In this document: piece by piece, positions 48,537 through 58,707 of the stretch
How the letters are laid out: every line of letters starts with the position of its first letter
How positions within the stretch are numbered: the first letter of the stretch is position 1
Origin: Bacteriovoracaceae bacterium
GTDB lineage: Bacteria; Bdellovibrionota; Bacteriovoracia; Bacteriovoracales; Bacteriovoracaceae
Direction: 5' to 3'
Length of the DNA: 64,000 nt
NCBI GenBank assembly: GCA_965217035.1
Contig: OZ244226.1
Span: 496,001 to 560,000 of the forward strand
Position numbers and translations under genes: made by a program
The notes under the pieces: model-generated
Database searches by the model: none
Seen by the model: the letters and a program-made list of their open reading frames with translations, nothing else
Told to the model about the DNA's origin: nothing

Positions 48537-50807
48537 ATGAAATTTATTAAAAAGATCGTCTTTGAAAGACCCATTACTTGTCTTCTCCTCTCAATGACCT
48601 CCATTATTGGTTTGTCATTTGCCCTTACTAAACTCAAGGCGAACTACTCCGTTCGTTCTTGGTTTAGTACGACTGATCCACTTGTTAAACAACTCGATTT
48701 CTTTGAGAAAACTTTTGGTAATGATGAGACGGCCATTGTCATCGTTCGAGCAAAAAATGGGGTATTTCATCCTGAAAGCTTAAAAAAAATAGATGAAATT
48801 ACTCAGGAGATTTTGCTCTTAACGGGAATCTCAAGTACAGAATCAATCAGTAATCATAACTTTATTGAGTCTCAGGAAGATGATATCTTCATCAGCCCAA
48901 TCATTGATCTCGATCGACTTGATGATAAAGAATACCTTGAAACAAGAAGCAAGCTCGCTTTAAATGATCCTGTTATTTCAAAACATCTTATTTCTGAAGA
49001 TCAAAAAAATGCTGCTATTTTTGCTAAATTTGCTCCATCAGTTTTTGAAAAACCAAACTACCAACAGATAACACTCGATCTAAGAGAATTAGCCAAAAAG
49101 CACAATAACTCAGACTTTGAACTTATTTTACTTGGTTCAGGTATCATCAATGATGCCTTTAGAGAAGTTTCAACTGAAGATATCACAAAGATCATGCCTT
49201 ATATGATTCTATTCATTGCCATATTTATGTGGTTCCGATTTAGATCATTATACGCTATTATCATTCCTTTGTTTCTTTGGATTGCGGCAACTCTTAGTAC
49301 TTATTCTCTCTCTGCACTCATTGGTATCAACTTTAACAACCTAACCTCTGCTTTGCCTGGAATCATGATAGCCGTTGCTCTTGCCGATAGTATTCATGTT
49401 CTTTTTGCCTACTTTAACCATCTAAACCAAGGGAAAAAACCTCAAGAAGCAAGCATTTATAGTTTTGAAAAAAACTTTTCTGCAACTTTATTAACAAGCA
49501 TCAGTACCGCTCTTGGATTTTTCAGCCTTTCTATTACTGATCTCGTTCCGATTCAAGAGCTAGGAGTTCTATCCGGTATTGGAACATTACTCGCTTGGCT
49601 TTTTACTATTTTTGCAATCTTCCCAATTCTAGTTATTTTAAAACCTAAGAGTCGTATTAAAAATTCAAAATTTTCAAAAGGAGAATGGTCAAAACCTTAT
49701 TACGAATTTTTGGAAAGGAACAGCTCAAAGATTATCATCTCGACTCTTGTTCTAATTGTTATTTCACTCATAGGGGGAACAAAAGTCGTTATCAATGCTG
49801 ACCCAGTTGGTTACTTAAAAAAAGGTGTTCCTGCAAGAGATGGAACAGACTATGCAATAAAAACCTTTAATGGACTTCATGGTCCTGAGATCTTAATAGA
49901 CTCAGGCGCGCCAGACGAGGCAAAGTCTGGTATCTTTCTTGAAAAAGTTGAGAAATACCTTAACTTTATTCAAAGCTATGAAGAAATAAATAATACTCAA
50001 TCAATTCTCGATATTATTTTCCCTCTCAATAAAGCGATGCATGGTGATGATCAGAACTATTACCGCTTGCCAGAAAACAAGAAAACAATTGGTGAACTTC
50101 TTTTATTCTATCAGATGGGCACACCTCAAGACAAAAGTCTTGATAAATATATGAGCTTTGATGGCCGTTATCTCAGAGCTTCGATTTTTTGGTCAGTTTT
50201 AGATAGTAGCTCAAGTCTCAAAATTATTAAAGACCTTGAAGATAAAGCAATCGAACTAGGATTAGATGTAAAAATTCTTGGAAAACTCACTCTTTATCAT
50301 AGAATGAATTCATATATCGTTGATACCTTCTTCAAGACTCTACTCATTTCAATTTTCGTTATTTCTCTTTTTATGTCTTTTGTATTCAAATCATTTTCAC
50401 TGGGATTTATAGCTATGATTCCAAATATTGTCCCTCTTATTTCTGGAGCTGGTTTTATTGGAATCATAGGTCTAGATGTCAATATAGGCACTTCTATTGT
50501 CTCGGCCATTTGTCTCGGAATTGCGGTTGACGACACAATTCATATTTTAGTTCATTTTTTAAAAAACTATCATGAATCAAAATCATATAAAGAATCACTT
50601 ATTACACTTTTTGCAAATACTGCTATTCCATTAATATATACAACAATCTTACTTGTTGTTGGTTTTGGAATTTTCACTATTTCAAATTTCGTTCCGAATG
50701 CCCATTTTGGAATTTTATGTGCATTCGTTCTTAGCATAACTCTTGTTTTTGACTTAATTGTTTTTCCTGTGCTTATTATTTGGCTTGGTAAGAATAAGAA
50801 AGTTTAA
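48537..50807 (+). CDS. MMPL/RND-family lipid exporter
   Basis: Two RND repeats, AVALADSIH and GIAVDDTIH. Confidence 0.9.
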   Translation: MKFIKKIVFERPITCLLLSMTSIIGLSFALTKLKANYSVRSWFSTTDPLVKQLDFFEKTFGNDETAIVIVRAKNGVFHPESLKKIDEITQEILLLTGISSTESISNHNFIESQEDDIFISPIIDLDRLDDKEYLETRSKLALNDPVISKHLISEDQKNAAIFAKFAPSVFEKPNYQQITLDLRELAKKHNNSDFELILLGSGIINDAFREVSTEDITKIMPYMILFIAIFMWFRFRSLYAIIIPLFLWIAATLSTYSLSALIGINFNNLTSALPGIMIAVALADSIHVLFAYFNHLNQGKKPQEASIYSFEKNFSATLLTSISTALGFFSLSITDLVPIQELGVLSGIGTLLAWLFTIFAIFPILVILKPKSRIKNSKFSKGEWSKPYYEFLERNSSKIIISTLVLIVISLIGGTKVVINADPVGYLKKGVPARDGTDYAIKTFNGLHGPEILIDSGAPDEAKSGIFLEKVEKYLNFIQSYEEINNTQSILDIIFPLNKAMHGDDQNYYRLPENKKTIGELLLFYQMGTPQDKSLDKYMSFDGRYLRASIFWSVLDSSSSLKIIKDLEDKAIELGLDVKILGKLTLYHRMNSYIVDTFFKTLLISIFVISLFMSFVFKSFSLGFIAMIPNIVPLISGAGFIGIIGLDVNIGTSIVSAICLGIAVDDTIHILVHFLKNYHESKSYKESLITLFANTAIPLIYTTILLVVGFGIFTISNFVPNAHFGILCAFVLSITLVFDLIVFPVLIIWLGKNKKV

Positions 50808-51646
50808 GTTCTTAAAGGTTTTGAGCTGTAGAGACAATCGAATTCTTCGGGATCATGAGAACAAAAGATATCAACTTGCTTATCGCTTCTTTGCAAATCA
50901 ATCAAACGATTAAGATTTGATTCAAATGAATCGAGATCTACCTGCATGAACTTATTATAAAGTTTAACGTATAAAGGCGGTTTTATTCCTAAAATTTGAT
51001 TCCTATGAAGATACGCATCTCCGGCAAAAAAAAGAGTTTTCTGATCTCCTTCGATCGCAACGCCCGCATGCCCCCTTGTATGTCCAGGAAGTGGGATCAT
51101 TAGAATTTCAGGAGGTAACCCCTCTAGTTCTCGTACTGCCTCAAAACCATTCCATGCTTCTCCAGCAGTCACTTTATATTGACACCATTCTATTTCTCTC
51201 GAAAATTGATCCGGAAAGTATCTTAGCTTTTTATTTAAACTTTGATCTTTAAAGGCAGCATCCCATTCATCAGCTAGAACATGGACTTTAGCATTAGGAA
51301 AATCATCAATTCCACCCGTATGATCACAATCCAAATGAGTTGTAATAATATGTCTAACATCACTCGCCTTAAAACCTAATCTCTGAACTTGGACGAACGC
51401 CGTCTCATTAGGATCAAGTAAAGGCTTAGCGAAGTTCCCAAACATAAGACTCGTATAAATTTTTCTTGCATGAGCAATATCGTTTAACCCTAAACCAGTA
51501 TCTACAAGAACAAGCCCTTGATTTGTCTCAATTAATAAACAATGACATACAAGAGAAAAGTTATCTTTTAACAAGGCAAGTCTATTGGCCAGAAACTTTC
51601 CGGTGAAAGGACAGAGAGTTCCACAATTTAAATGGTAAATTTTCAC
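50804..51646 (-). CDS. Metallo-beta-lactamase-fold hydrolase (AHL lactonase-like)
   Basis: HLNCG, LVDTG, THLDCDHTGG, PGHTRGH, GDA, SHD; GTG start. Confidence 0.88.
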   Translation of the reverse strand: MKIYHLNCGTLCPFTGKFLANRLALLKDNFSLVCHCLLIETNQGLVLVDTGLGLNDIAHARKIYTSLMFGNFAKPLLDPNETAFVQVQRLGFKASDVRHIITTHLDCDHTGGIDDFPNAKVHVLADEWDAAFKDQSLNKKLRYFPDQFSREIEWCQYKVTAGEAWNGFEAVRELEGLPPEILMIPLPGHTRGHAGVAIEGDQKTLFFAGDAYLHRNQILGIKPPLYVKLYNKFMQVDLDSFESNLNRLIDLQRSDKQVDIFCSHDPEEFDCLYSSKPLRT

Positions 51647-51714
51647 ACGACACCCTTTTAAATTCCATAAAATGATATCATGGTCCCAAATAAGCAACAA
51701 TAGAGGGTTTATTT

Positions 51715-52503
51715 ATGCTCATTTCAATTACAGGTATTGATGGTAGTGGAAAGTCAACCTTAACTCAGAAGCTAGAAGAATTAGACAATATAAAGGTTCT
51801 TAGAGTTCCTCAGTACCACGAAACACCAAATAGCCCTTTCCAAAGAGAAAGCTTTCTTCTTGAAGAAATTGGGAAACTTGGAGATAAGATACAAAATCCA
51901 ATTCTAAAGGCAAATGCAAGCTATCTGGCATTCTGTCTTTATGGTGATGTTGTTCATGAACTTCTTAAACCAAATAAAATTGTACTCACCGAAAGATTCC
52001 CTGTCCTTGATGCTCTTTCTTTTGCTAAGTTTTATCTTCAATTTTTAGAGGCTGGATGTGATGAAACTTCTCTTGAAAATCTCGTAAGAGAAAATTACTC
52101 AAACGAAGATTTAGAAATTGTTCAAAAGTATATTTTATCAAAGAACTTCCCAGAAGGAACAACTCTTTTCAATCTACATCGCTATATTGTCCCTTCTCTT
52201 AAAAAGCCTTTTGAAGATCTTGTTAATTTCTTGGCTAATGAGTTTAATACACCCTTTCCTGAAAAACTTGTTCAATTGAGAATTAACAAGGGAGAGCTTG
52301 AAAAAAGATTTGAGTCACGCCAAAAAGAGGTAAATGAAGCTCATGAACAGATTGATATTTTATTGATGATGCAATCAGCTTTAACTGAGTTTGCAACTGC
52401 TGTTGAGAAAATGAATTCAGACTTTAAATTTGAAAGTATCGTTGTTGATGAACTCGATTCTGATGAGCTTTTAAATAAAGTAAAAAGCTCACTCAATATT
52501 TGA
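51715..52503 (+). CDS. Thymidylate kinase-like P-loop kinase (paralog A)
   Basis: ITGIDGSGKST, ERFP. Confidence 0.78.
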   Translation: MLISITGIDGSGKSTLTQKLEELDNIKVLRVPQYHETPNSPFQRESFLLEEIGKLGDKIQNPILKANASYLAFCLYGDVVHELLKPNKIVLTERFPVLDALSFAKFYLQFLEAGCDETSLENLVRENYSNEDLEIVQKYILSKNFPEGTTLFNLHRYIVPSLKKPFEDLVNFLANEFNTPFPEKLVQLRINKGELEKRFESRQKEVNEAHEQIDILLMMQSALTEFATAVEKMNSDFKFESIVVDELDSDELLNKVKSSLNI

Positions 52504-53103
52504 ATGGACCTCTTTAAGAACATCTTCTGGACTCAAAGACGCGTCGATTTTTGACCAATTACTTTTCACAAGAGATTCCCAGACCTTTCTACTTTTTTCC
52601 TGAATAGAAAGAAAGAATTGCTCTCCTTCTTCTCCCTCTTTTCCACCGGTTTCATACTTCGTTAATCCAAGTGCTTTTTTTCTTTTTAACGCCTCATTTG
52701 AGTCAAGATTTAAATAAAAAACTTTGTCGGGTTCGGGCATTAAGGCTGCTGTTTTTTTGATTTCTTCTATATCCGTCCCAATTAAGGATTCAATGACAGC
52801 GTATTTATACCAATAGCTATCAATCAAGATAACATCATGATCTTCTTTTAATCGGTCATTTAAGGCCTGTAAGTTTGCATGAAACAAAAAGTGGACTCTT
52901 GAGGCTGATTCACAAGAATAAAGATATTTTTGTATTTGAGATTTATCTTCTTTTGGTAATTCAAAAACCTTTGAAAACTTCTTATGAATATCCCAAGGAG
53001 AGGATATCAGAACCTTTTTCCCTTGTTCTTCTAATACTGCTTTTAAACCACTAATTAAAGTTGATTTACCTGCTCCATCACCACCTGTAATACATATAAG
53101 CAA
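52489..53103 (-). CDS. Thymidylate kinase-like P-loop kinase
   Basis: ITGGDGAGKST, IDSYWYK, PEPDKVFYL, IDAS. Confidence 0.8.
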   Translation of the reverse strand: MLICITGGDGAGKSTLISGLKAVLEEQGKKVLISSPWDIHKKFSKVFELPKEDKSQIQKYLYSCESASRVHFLFHANLQALNDRLKEDHDVILIDSYWYKYAVIESLIGTDIEEIKKTAALMPEPDKVFYLNLDSNEALKRKKALGLTKYETGGKEGEEGEQFFLSIQEKSRKVWESLVKSNWSKIDASLSPEDVLKEVHSNIE

Positions 53104-53182
53104 AGCCTACCCTCTTTATTAAGATCATCTGTAATTGTGTTATATTGTAGGTAAAACCAATAAGCAATACATTTGAAAGCCT

Positions 53183-54544
53183 ATGAACTTCACTAATCAA
53201 CAGATTGAGTTACTTGCTAATTTAACGCGAATCAACCGATCGGAAAATGAAAATCAAGACATTATTAAATACTCTAACGAGATAAAAGACTGGGAGTCTT
53301 TTTATCAACTTTGCAAATTGAATCGGCATGCCCCTTTTGCCTATAAAGAATTAGATAAATTGAATTTAGCCGAGAAAATACCAACAAATACAAAAGAACT
53401 GTTTCTCTCAGATGTTAAAAGAATAGAAGAAACAAATAAAAAGCGACTTGAAGAGGCTCAAAACTTTCTAAAAAGGTTCTCCGAAAAAGGAGTTGAGACG
53501 ATCATCCTAAAAGGAATTTTCTATGGGGAAACCTTTTATAAGGATCCTTACTATAAAAGAATGAATGATGTTGATATTCTCATTCATCAAAAAGATCTTG
53601 ATAAAATTTTTGATGTCTATACTGAATTAAAATATTTTTCAGGAGGAGAACTTTTAGGAAAACCTGCAAGAGATCACGATCAATTCTCTCACCACTTACC
53701 CCCTTTTTTCAGTAGAAACTTGAATCTCATGATAGGAACCCACTGGGAGCTCCATACTCCTCTAAGACCTTATCGATTAGACTATAAAGGAATCTGGGAA
53801 AGAGCAGTTGATTTTGATTTTTATGGTATTCCAATGAAATCTCTCGCTCCTATTGATCATCTTCATCACCTCTGCGTTCACCTCAGCTTCTTTAAAGCAG
53901 GAGCAAGAGAAGTCGGAGATATGATAAATCTCTTAAGAGCAAATAAAGACTTTGATTGGGGTCACTTCCTCAAAGAAGTTGATAAAGCAGGATCGCACAA
54001 TCCAGTTTATCTAGGTCTCAGTCTCGCTAATATTTTGGATCCCCATGAAGACAAAGAAGCGGCCCTCAAAAAAATTAAACCTCGTGTTGCCTCAAAAACG
54101 ATTTCTCTTGTCACTGAGAAAAGAAATTCCCGAGAGATTCTTTTAACAACTCGAAGTGGTCATATTACAAAAATCGACAAAGCCTTTACCGGCTTCAAGT
54201 CAACGAAAAAACCTTTTGAGAAATTTCGTTTTTATTTAGAAATGTATAAACATATGTACTTCCCTCCTCTAGAGGATGCCAAGAGAATTACAAATACTCT
54301 TGGAGATGATTTTTTGTCTAACCTAATGGCGAGGATAAAGGCTCCATTTAGAATTATGAGTTCTCTTTGTGATGATCTTGGAACAAAAATTTTCTTTCTC
54401 CTTCTCCTCTATACATTCGTAAAAATGATTACAACTTTTTTAAAGGCTCCATTCTCAGGAAATTCTGAAGGTCAGGAAGAATTTGCAAAGAAACTCGGTT
54501 TAAGTATTCGAGACCTTGAACTCTTAAAGGAGCGCCTTGAGTGA
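53183..54544 (+). CDS. Nucleotidyltransferase family protein (NTP_transf_5-like)
   Basis: IILKG, RMNDVDILI, THWEL, HLCVH. Confidence 0.82.
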   Translation: MNFTNQQIELLANLTRINRSENENQDIIKYSNEIKDWESFYQLCKLNRHAPFAYKELDKLNLAEKIPTNTKELFLSDVKRIEETNKKRLEEAQNFLKRFSEKGVETIILKGIFYGETFYKDPYYKRMNDVDILIHQKDLDKIFDVYTELKYFSGGELLGKPARDHDQFSHHLPPFFSRNLNLMIGTHWELHTPLRPYRLDYKGIWERAVDFDFYGIPMKSLAPIDHLHHLCVHLSFFKAGAREVGDMINLLRANKDFDWGHFLKEVDKAGSHNPVYLGLSLANILDPHEDKEAALKKIKPRVASKTISLVTEKRNSREILLTTRSGHITKIDKAFTGFKSTKKPFEKFRFYLEMYKHMYFPPLEDAKRITNTLGDDFLSNLMARIKAPFRIMSSLCDDLGTKIFFLLLLYTFVKMITTFLKAPFSGNSEGQEEFAKKLGLSIRDLELLKERLE

Positions 54545-57066
54545 GTTTCTACCAAGCCTTAACTTCAAATAGCTCAGAAGAAAATCTTGGTGGTAAATCA
54601 AAGGGTATTGTTAGTCTTTTAAAGTTTGGATGCTCTACTCCCGAAAGTCTTGCACTCAATACAAAATTCTTTGATGTTTTCTTTGATTTTCATAACCTTG
54701 AAAAAGATCATGAGTCTTTAATTTCTGATTTCTCAAAAGTCGATTTAACAGAAGACGATTTAAAATTAAAATGTGAAGAAGCTCAAAAGAAGATTTATGC
54801 TCTTGAGTACCCTCCTAGCCTTATTCCTGTCTTGAACGAAATTCATGCTTATTACCTTAAAGAATGGGACTATTTCTGTATTCGGTCCTCTTCAAATGAA
54901 GAAGATGGTCAAAAAACTGCTTTTGCAGGTGTTTTTGAATCATATCTAAAATTAAGTGGAGAAAAAGATCTTCAAGAATACGTGAAAAAAGCAATTGCTC
55001 AAGTCTTTGATTACCAAGTTATCGTCAATAGTCTCGCAAATAATATAAATCCACAAAACCTTAAGATGGGCATTCTTATTCAAGAGTTCTCTCCATGTGA
55101 TAAATATGGAGTCCTCTTTACTCACAACCCAACAAATGCAAATGATAATCTTATCCTCTCAACTGGATCTGATGGTGAAAATTTAATGTCAGGAGAAGGT
55201 GATAGCGAAACAATCGAAATAGAAAGAAAAGCTCTCAATGAAGCTCCAAAAGAACTCTCGCAATTAATAACAATCGCTCTAGAGTTAGAATCCAAGCTTG
55301 CAAATCCCCAAGACATTGAATGGGGACTCAAAGATAATAAACTCACTTTTTTTCAAATGAGGCCCATCACAACCCTTAATGAGATTAGCAAATCTGTTCT
55401 CTGGTCGAGAGAGCTTGCAGAAGAGAGATACCCTCTTCCAATGTCCCCTTTAGGTTGGTCCATCTTAAGAGATGTCTTTGAAACAAATTTAAAAACTCTC
55501 AAGAAAAGATTTGGACTGATTGCCAATAGCCCTGATGATGTCGCAATTACAATTAATCATTATGTCTTTGTTAATGACAACTTTTTTGCAATTTCAAATA
55601 TGAAACCTCATTTCCTTTCACTTTTACCTGTTTTCGGAAGAGTGATTATCGGAGGATTAAAAACTCTCATCTACTCACCTTATATTATTTTTCAGTCTCT
55701 TTTTGGAAAATCGAAACTTGGGTTGAGAGATTTTTTTATCATGCAAATCTATAATCACTTTATTCTCGCCCATGCGAAGGATATTTTGAATCAATGGGAT
55801 TTAAACCTCCAACCTCTTATCAAACAATATGATGAACTTGCAGATAAAGATCTTGGCCAGATGGATCTTTCTCAACTTGCTCAATTTAGAGTCGATCTTG
55901 AAAAAGTCGGTGATAAATATATGGAACCTGACTTGGCAATTTATGTTGTAAAGTCTGCTTGCGAATGGCTCATTAAAAGAATTGCGACGATCTATCATCC
56001 AGATTCTTCGGCTGAAGAGTACTTAACTTCTGTGACCCTCGGTCTAGAGAATAATAGAACAATTGAAATGGCTGAAACACTTGATGAAGTTGTTTCCACC
56101 GTATTAGAGAATAAAGAACTCAGCAAGCTCGTTGAAGAGAATCAAGACAAGGAATTCTTTAATTCTTTAGATGACTCTACCCAAAAGAGTTTAGGGAAAT
56201 TCATGCAACTTAATGGTCACTTAACAGTGAATTGGGATTTCAGAGTCCCTACCTGGGAAGAGAATAAAAATGATTTCTTTCAGCTCTTAAGAAGTCTTGT
56301 TAATAATAAGGATCGAAAGTCTATTTCTAACCAAGTTCAAGTCAATAACGAAAACTTCAATAAGGAGGTTTCAAATCTCACAGACGAGATAAATCAATCT
56401 TTCTTTATTGGTAAATTCCATAAGAATCTTCTCTATCACCTTAGAGAGTTTATGCGGATCGATGAAGAACATCACTTCTATTGCTCGAGAGTCTTTAAAA
56501 CATTGAGAAAACTCTATATCAGAATAGGAGAAGAACTTGTTAAGAAAGGGGTCATTAGAAACTCAATGGATATATTTTATCTTAAAAGCCAAGAAATTGA
56601 TTCAATGATTGAGAGTAAAGAGTACTTCTCTCGTCATTACCTCGTGCAAAAACGAGGGAGAACTTTTGAAAAAAGTTTCGATCAAACCCCCGCTGATAAA
56701 TATGAAAACGGAAGGGCCGTTTTTCAGATTATTGAGTCTGAAGGAAATAACTATCAGGGAACGGGAGCCTCTCCTGGAATGGTAACAGGAACCGTTAAAA
56801 TTATAAAATCTTTAAGTGACTGCCACAAGATCTCCAAAGGTGACATCATTGTCACTCAAAGTCCAAACCCTGTTTTTGTACCACTCTATTCTGTTGCGGC
56901 AGGCTTGGTTTCGAATACAGGAAGTACACTCTCTCACGGGCTTGTAGCAGCCAGAGAATATGAACTCCCTGCAGTTATCGGCATTCCAAATATTGCTAGC
57001 ATTTTAAAAGAAAACCAAAGGATCACCATCAATGGAAATACTGGAACAATCACCATCGATGATTAA
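54541..57066 (+). CDS. Second PEP-utilising dikinase, PigC/RPH architecture
   Basis: GGKS, IRSSSNEEDG..AFAG, PQDIEW, QMRPIT, ERYPLPMSPL; C-terminal SHGLVAAREYELPAV. Confidence 0.88.
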   Translation: MSFYQALTSNSSEENLGGKSKGIVSLLKFGCSTPESLALNTKFFDVFFDFHNLEKDHESLISDFSKVDLTEDDLKLKCEEAQKKIYALEYPPSLIPVLNEIHAYYLKEWDYFCIRSSSNEEDGQKTAFAGVFESYLKLSGEKDLQEYVKKAIAQVFDYQVIVNSLANNINPQNLKMGILIQEFSPCDKYGVLFTHNPTNANDNLILSTGSDGENLMSGEGDSETIEIERKALNEAPKELSQLITIALELESKLANPQDIEWGLKDNKLTFFQMRPITTLNEISKSVLWSRELAEERYPLPMSPLGWSILRDVFETNLKTLKKRFGLIANSPDDVAITINHYVFVNDNFFAISNMKPHFLSLLPVFGRVIIGGLKTLIYSPYIIFQSLFGKSKLGLRDFFIMQIYNHFILAHAKDILNQWDLNLQPLIKQYDELADKDLGQMDLSQLAQFRVDLEKVGDKYMEPDLAIYVVKSACEWLIKRIATIYHPDSSAEEYLTSVTLGLENNRTIEMAETLDEVVSTVLENKELSKLVEENQDKEFFNSLDDSTQKSLGKFMQLNGHLTVNWDFRVPTWEENKNDFFQLLRSLVNNKDRKSISNQVQVNNENFNKEVSNLTDEINQSFFIGKFHKNLLYHLREFMRIDEEHHFYCSRVFKTLRKLYIRIGEELVKKGVIRNSMDIFYLKSQEIDSMIESKEYFSRHYLVQKRGRTFEKSFDQTPADKYENGRAVFQIIESEGNNYQGTGASPGMVTGTVKIIKSLSDCHKISKGDIIVTQSPNPVFVPLYSVAAGLVSNTGSTLSHGLVAAREYELPAVIGIPNIASILKENQRITINGNTGTITIDD

Positions 57067-57778
57067 AGACATTAATGTCTTACTCTTTGATCTTGATGGA
57101 ACTCTTGTCGAAATGGATGAAAGTTTTCGACTTCCCCTTATTTTAAGAGGAGCTAAAAGATTCTCTGGTTTTTTATCTCTTTTTAAATATCCTTTTGCTA
57201 TTTATCGAGCTATCAAGGCCATGAAGAAAAATGAATCAGGAAAAACTAATTATGAAATTTTCTGTTCAAGTCTTCTTGCAGATGCAAAATCAGACGATCT
57301 AGCAGAACTTGAAAAAATTCTTCAAGATCTTCTGGAGTATGACTTTAAAAAAACTGGAAAGTATTTTTATCCCACAGAAGGTGCGGAACAAACTCTCAAA
57401 ACAGCCAAAAAACTCAATTACAGATGTATTCTTGCAACAAATCCTATGTTTCCCCTTGAGGCAGTTAAATTTCGATTGAAATGCGGAGGGTTTGAAGACT
57501 TTCCTTTTGAATTTATTACGCATTCTCAAAATAGTACAACCTGTAAACCTAAAGTCTCTTATTATCAAGAACTGGTCGATAAGTTGAAACTTGATCCAAG
57601 TAAATGTCTCATGATTGGGAATGATCCTTATAAAGATTTACCTGCAGCTGAAATAGGCATTAGGACTTTTCTCCTAGACGGAGAAAAGTTTAAGAAAAAT
57701 ATTAATCGTTATGACAAACACCCCTTTTTATTTGGATCACATAAAAACCTAGAAGAACTTCTACGGAGTAAAGTTTGA
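57059..57778 (+). CDS. HAD-family hydrolase
   Basis: FDLDGTL, ATNP, KP, MIGND..KD. Confidence 0.9.
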   Translation: MIKDINVLLFDLDGTLVEMDESFRLPLILRGAKRFSGFLSLFKYPFAIYRAIKAMKKNESGKTNYEIFCSSLLADAKSDDLAELEKILQDLLEYDFKKTGKYFYPTEGAEQTLKTAKKLNYRCILATNPMFPLEAVKFRLKCGGFEDFPFEFITHSQNSTTCKPKVSYYQELVDKLKLDPSKCLMIGNDPYKDLPAAEIGIRTFLLDGEKFKKNINRYDKHPFLFGSHKNLEELLRSKV

Positions 57779-58707
57779 TCATTGTTTTGAATAAAAATTC
57801 GAATGCGGGAAATGGTGTCAATAAATGGCAAAAGGTCAAAAGCCTTCTTGATCAAAAGAAAATTGAATACCAACTTATCGCAAGCCACTCATTTGAAGAG
57901 TCAATGTCTGAGCTAGACAAACTCCTCAAAGAAAATCCGAGTTCTACTGTTATCGCAGCTGGAGGAGACGGAACAGTAAATGGTATCATCAATCATTTGA
58001 TCGATCCTTCAACAAACACTTTAAAATACCCTATCAAGTTTGGGGCCATTGGCCTCGGAAGTAGTAATGACTTTCACAAGCCTCTTAACTCTAAGAGGAT
58101 GATTGAAAATATCCCCGTTATTCTTCCCTTCGGAGAATTTAGCTTAAACGAGGAATGGGATCTTGGGAAAGCTGACTATATTAATAAAGAAGAAAAGAAT
58201 GAGTTTCGTTTTTTCTCTATCAATTCAGGCTTAGGACTTACGGCGTTAGGAAATGCTTATTTCAACCGTCCTTCACAATGGTTAGGTTTTCTAAAGAAGA
58301 TTCATGTCGAACTCGCGAATGTATGGACTATGGGTCATTTATTAAAAAAGATTCAATACACTAAGGTTAGATTCTTAGAAGAGAATCAAGAATTTAATTT
58401 TTGTAATATGGGGATATTAAAAAAGAGAAATATCTCAGGTGGAATGAAATACGATACCGAAGTCGAAAAAGACGATGGCTTCCTCGATATCGTGATGAGT
58501 AAAGAGATGAATCGAAAAGAAGTTATCAATCTTATCATTAACCTCTATAAAGGTAAGTTTCTTGGCATGAATAAAACTCAATACTGGAAAAAAAGTGAAG
58601 CCAGCTTTGATTTTGACTCCCCTATACCAATTGAATTTGATGGTGAAGTCTTCTGGGGGAACAAACTCAAATATAGCGTTGCAAATAAGGTCCTTAAAAT
58701 ATGCTAA
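57775..58707 (+). CDS. Diacylglycerol/sphingosine kinase family protein
   Basis: N..AG.G, GGDGT, GSSNDF, DDG.LD, FDGE. Confidence 0.9.
   Translation: MIIVLNKNSNAGNGVNKWQKVKSLLDQKKIEYQLIASHSFEESMSELDKLLKENPSSTVIAAGGDGTVNGIINHLIDPSTNTLKYPIKFGAIGLGSSNDFHKPLNSKRMIENIPVILPFGEFSLNEEWDLGKADYINKEEKNEFRFFSINSGLGLTALGNAYFNRPSQWLGFLKKIHVELANVWTMGHLLKKIQYTKVRFLEENQEFNFCNMGILKKRNISGGMKYDTEVEKDDGFLDIVMSKEMNRKEVINLIINLYKGKFLGMNKTQYWKKSEASFDFDSPIPIEFDGEVFWGNKLKYSVANKVLKIC

Noticed and set aside
52489..53103. Housekeeping tmk
   Set aside because: Lacks the EG start and the DR motif (has DSY) and sits with two other TMK-like genes in an accessory block
41049..57066. Complete prodigiosin/tambjamine cluster
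   Set aside because: No prolyl adenylation enzyme, carrier proteins, prolyl dehydrogenase, ketosynthase or O-methyltransferase; the oxoamine synthase lacks ACP domains
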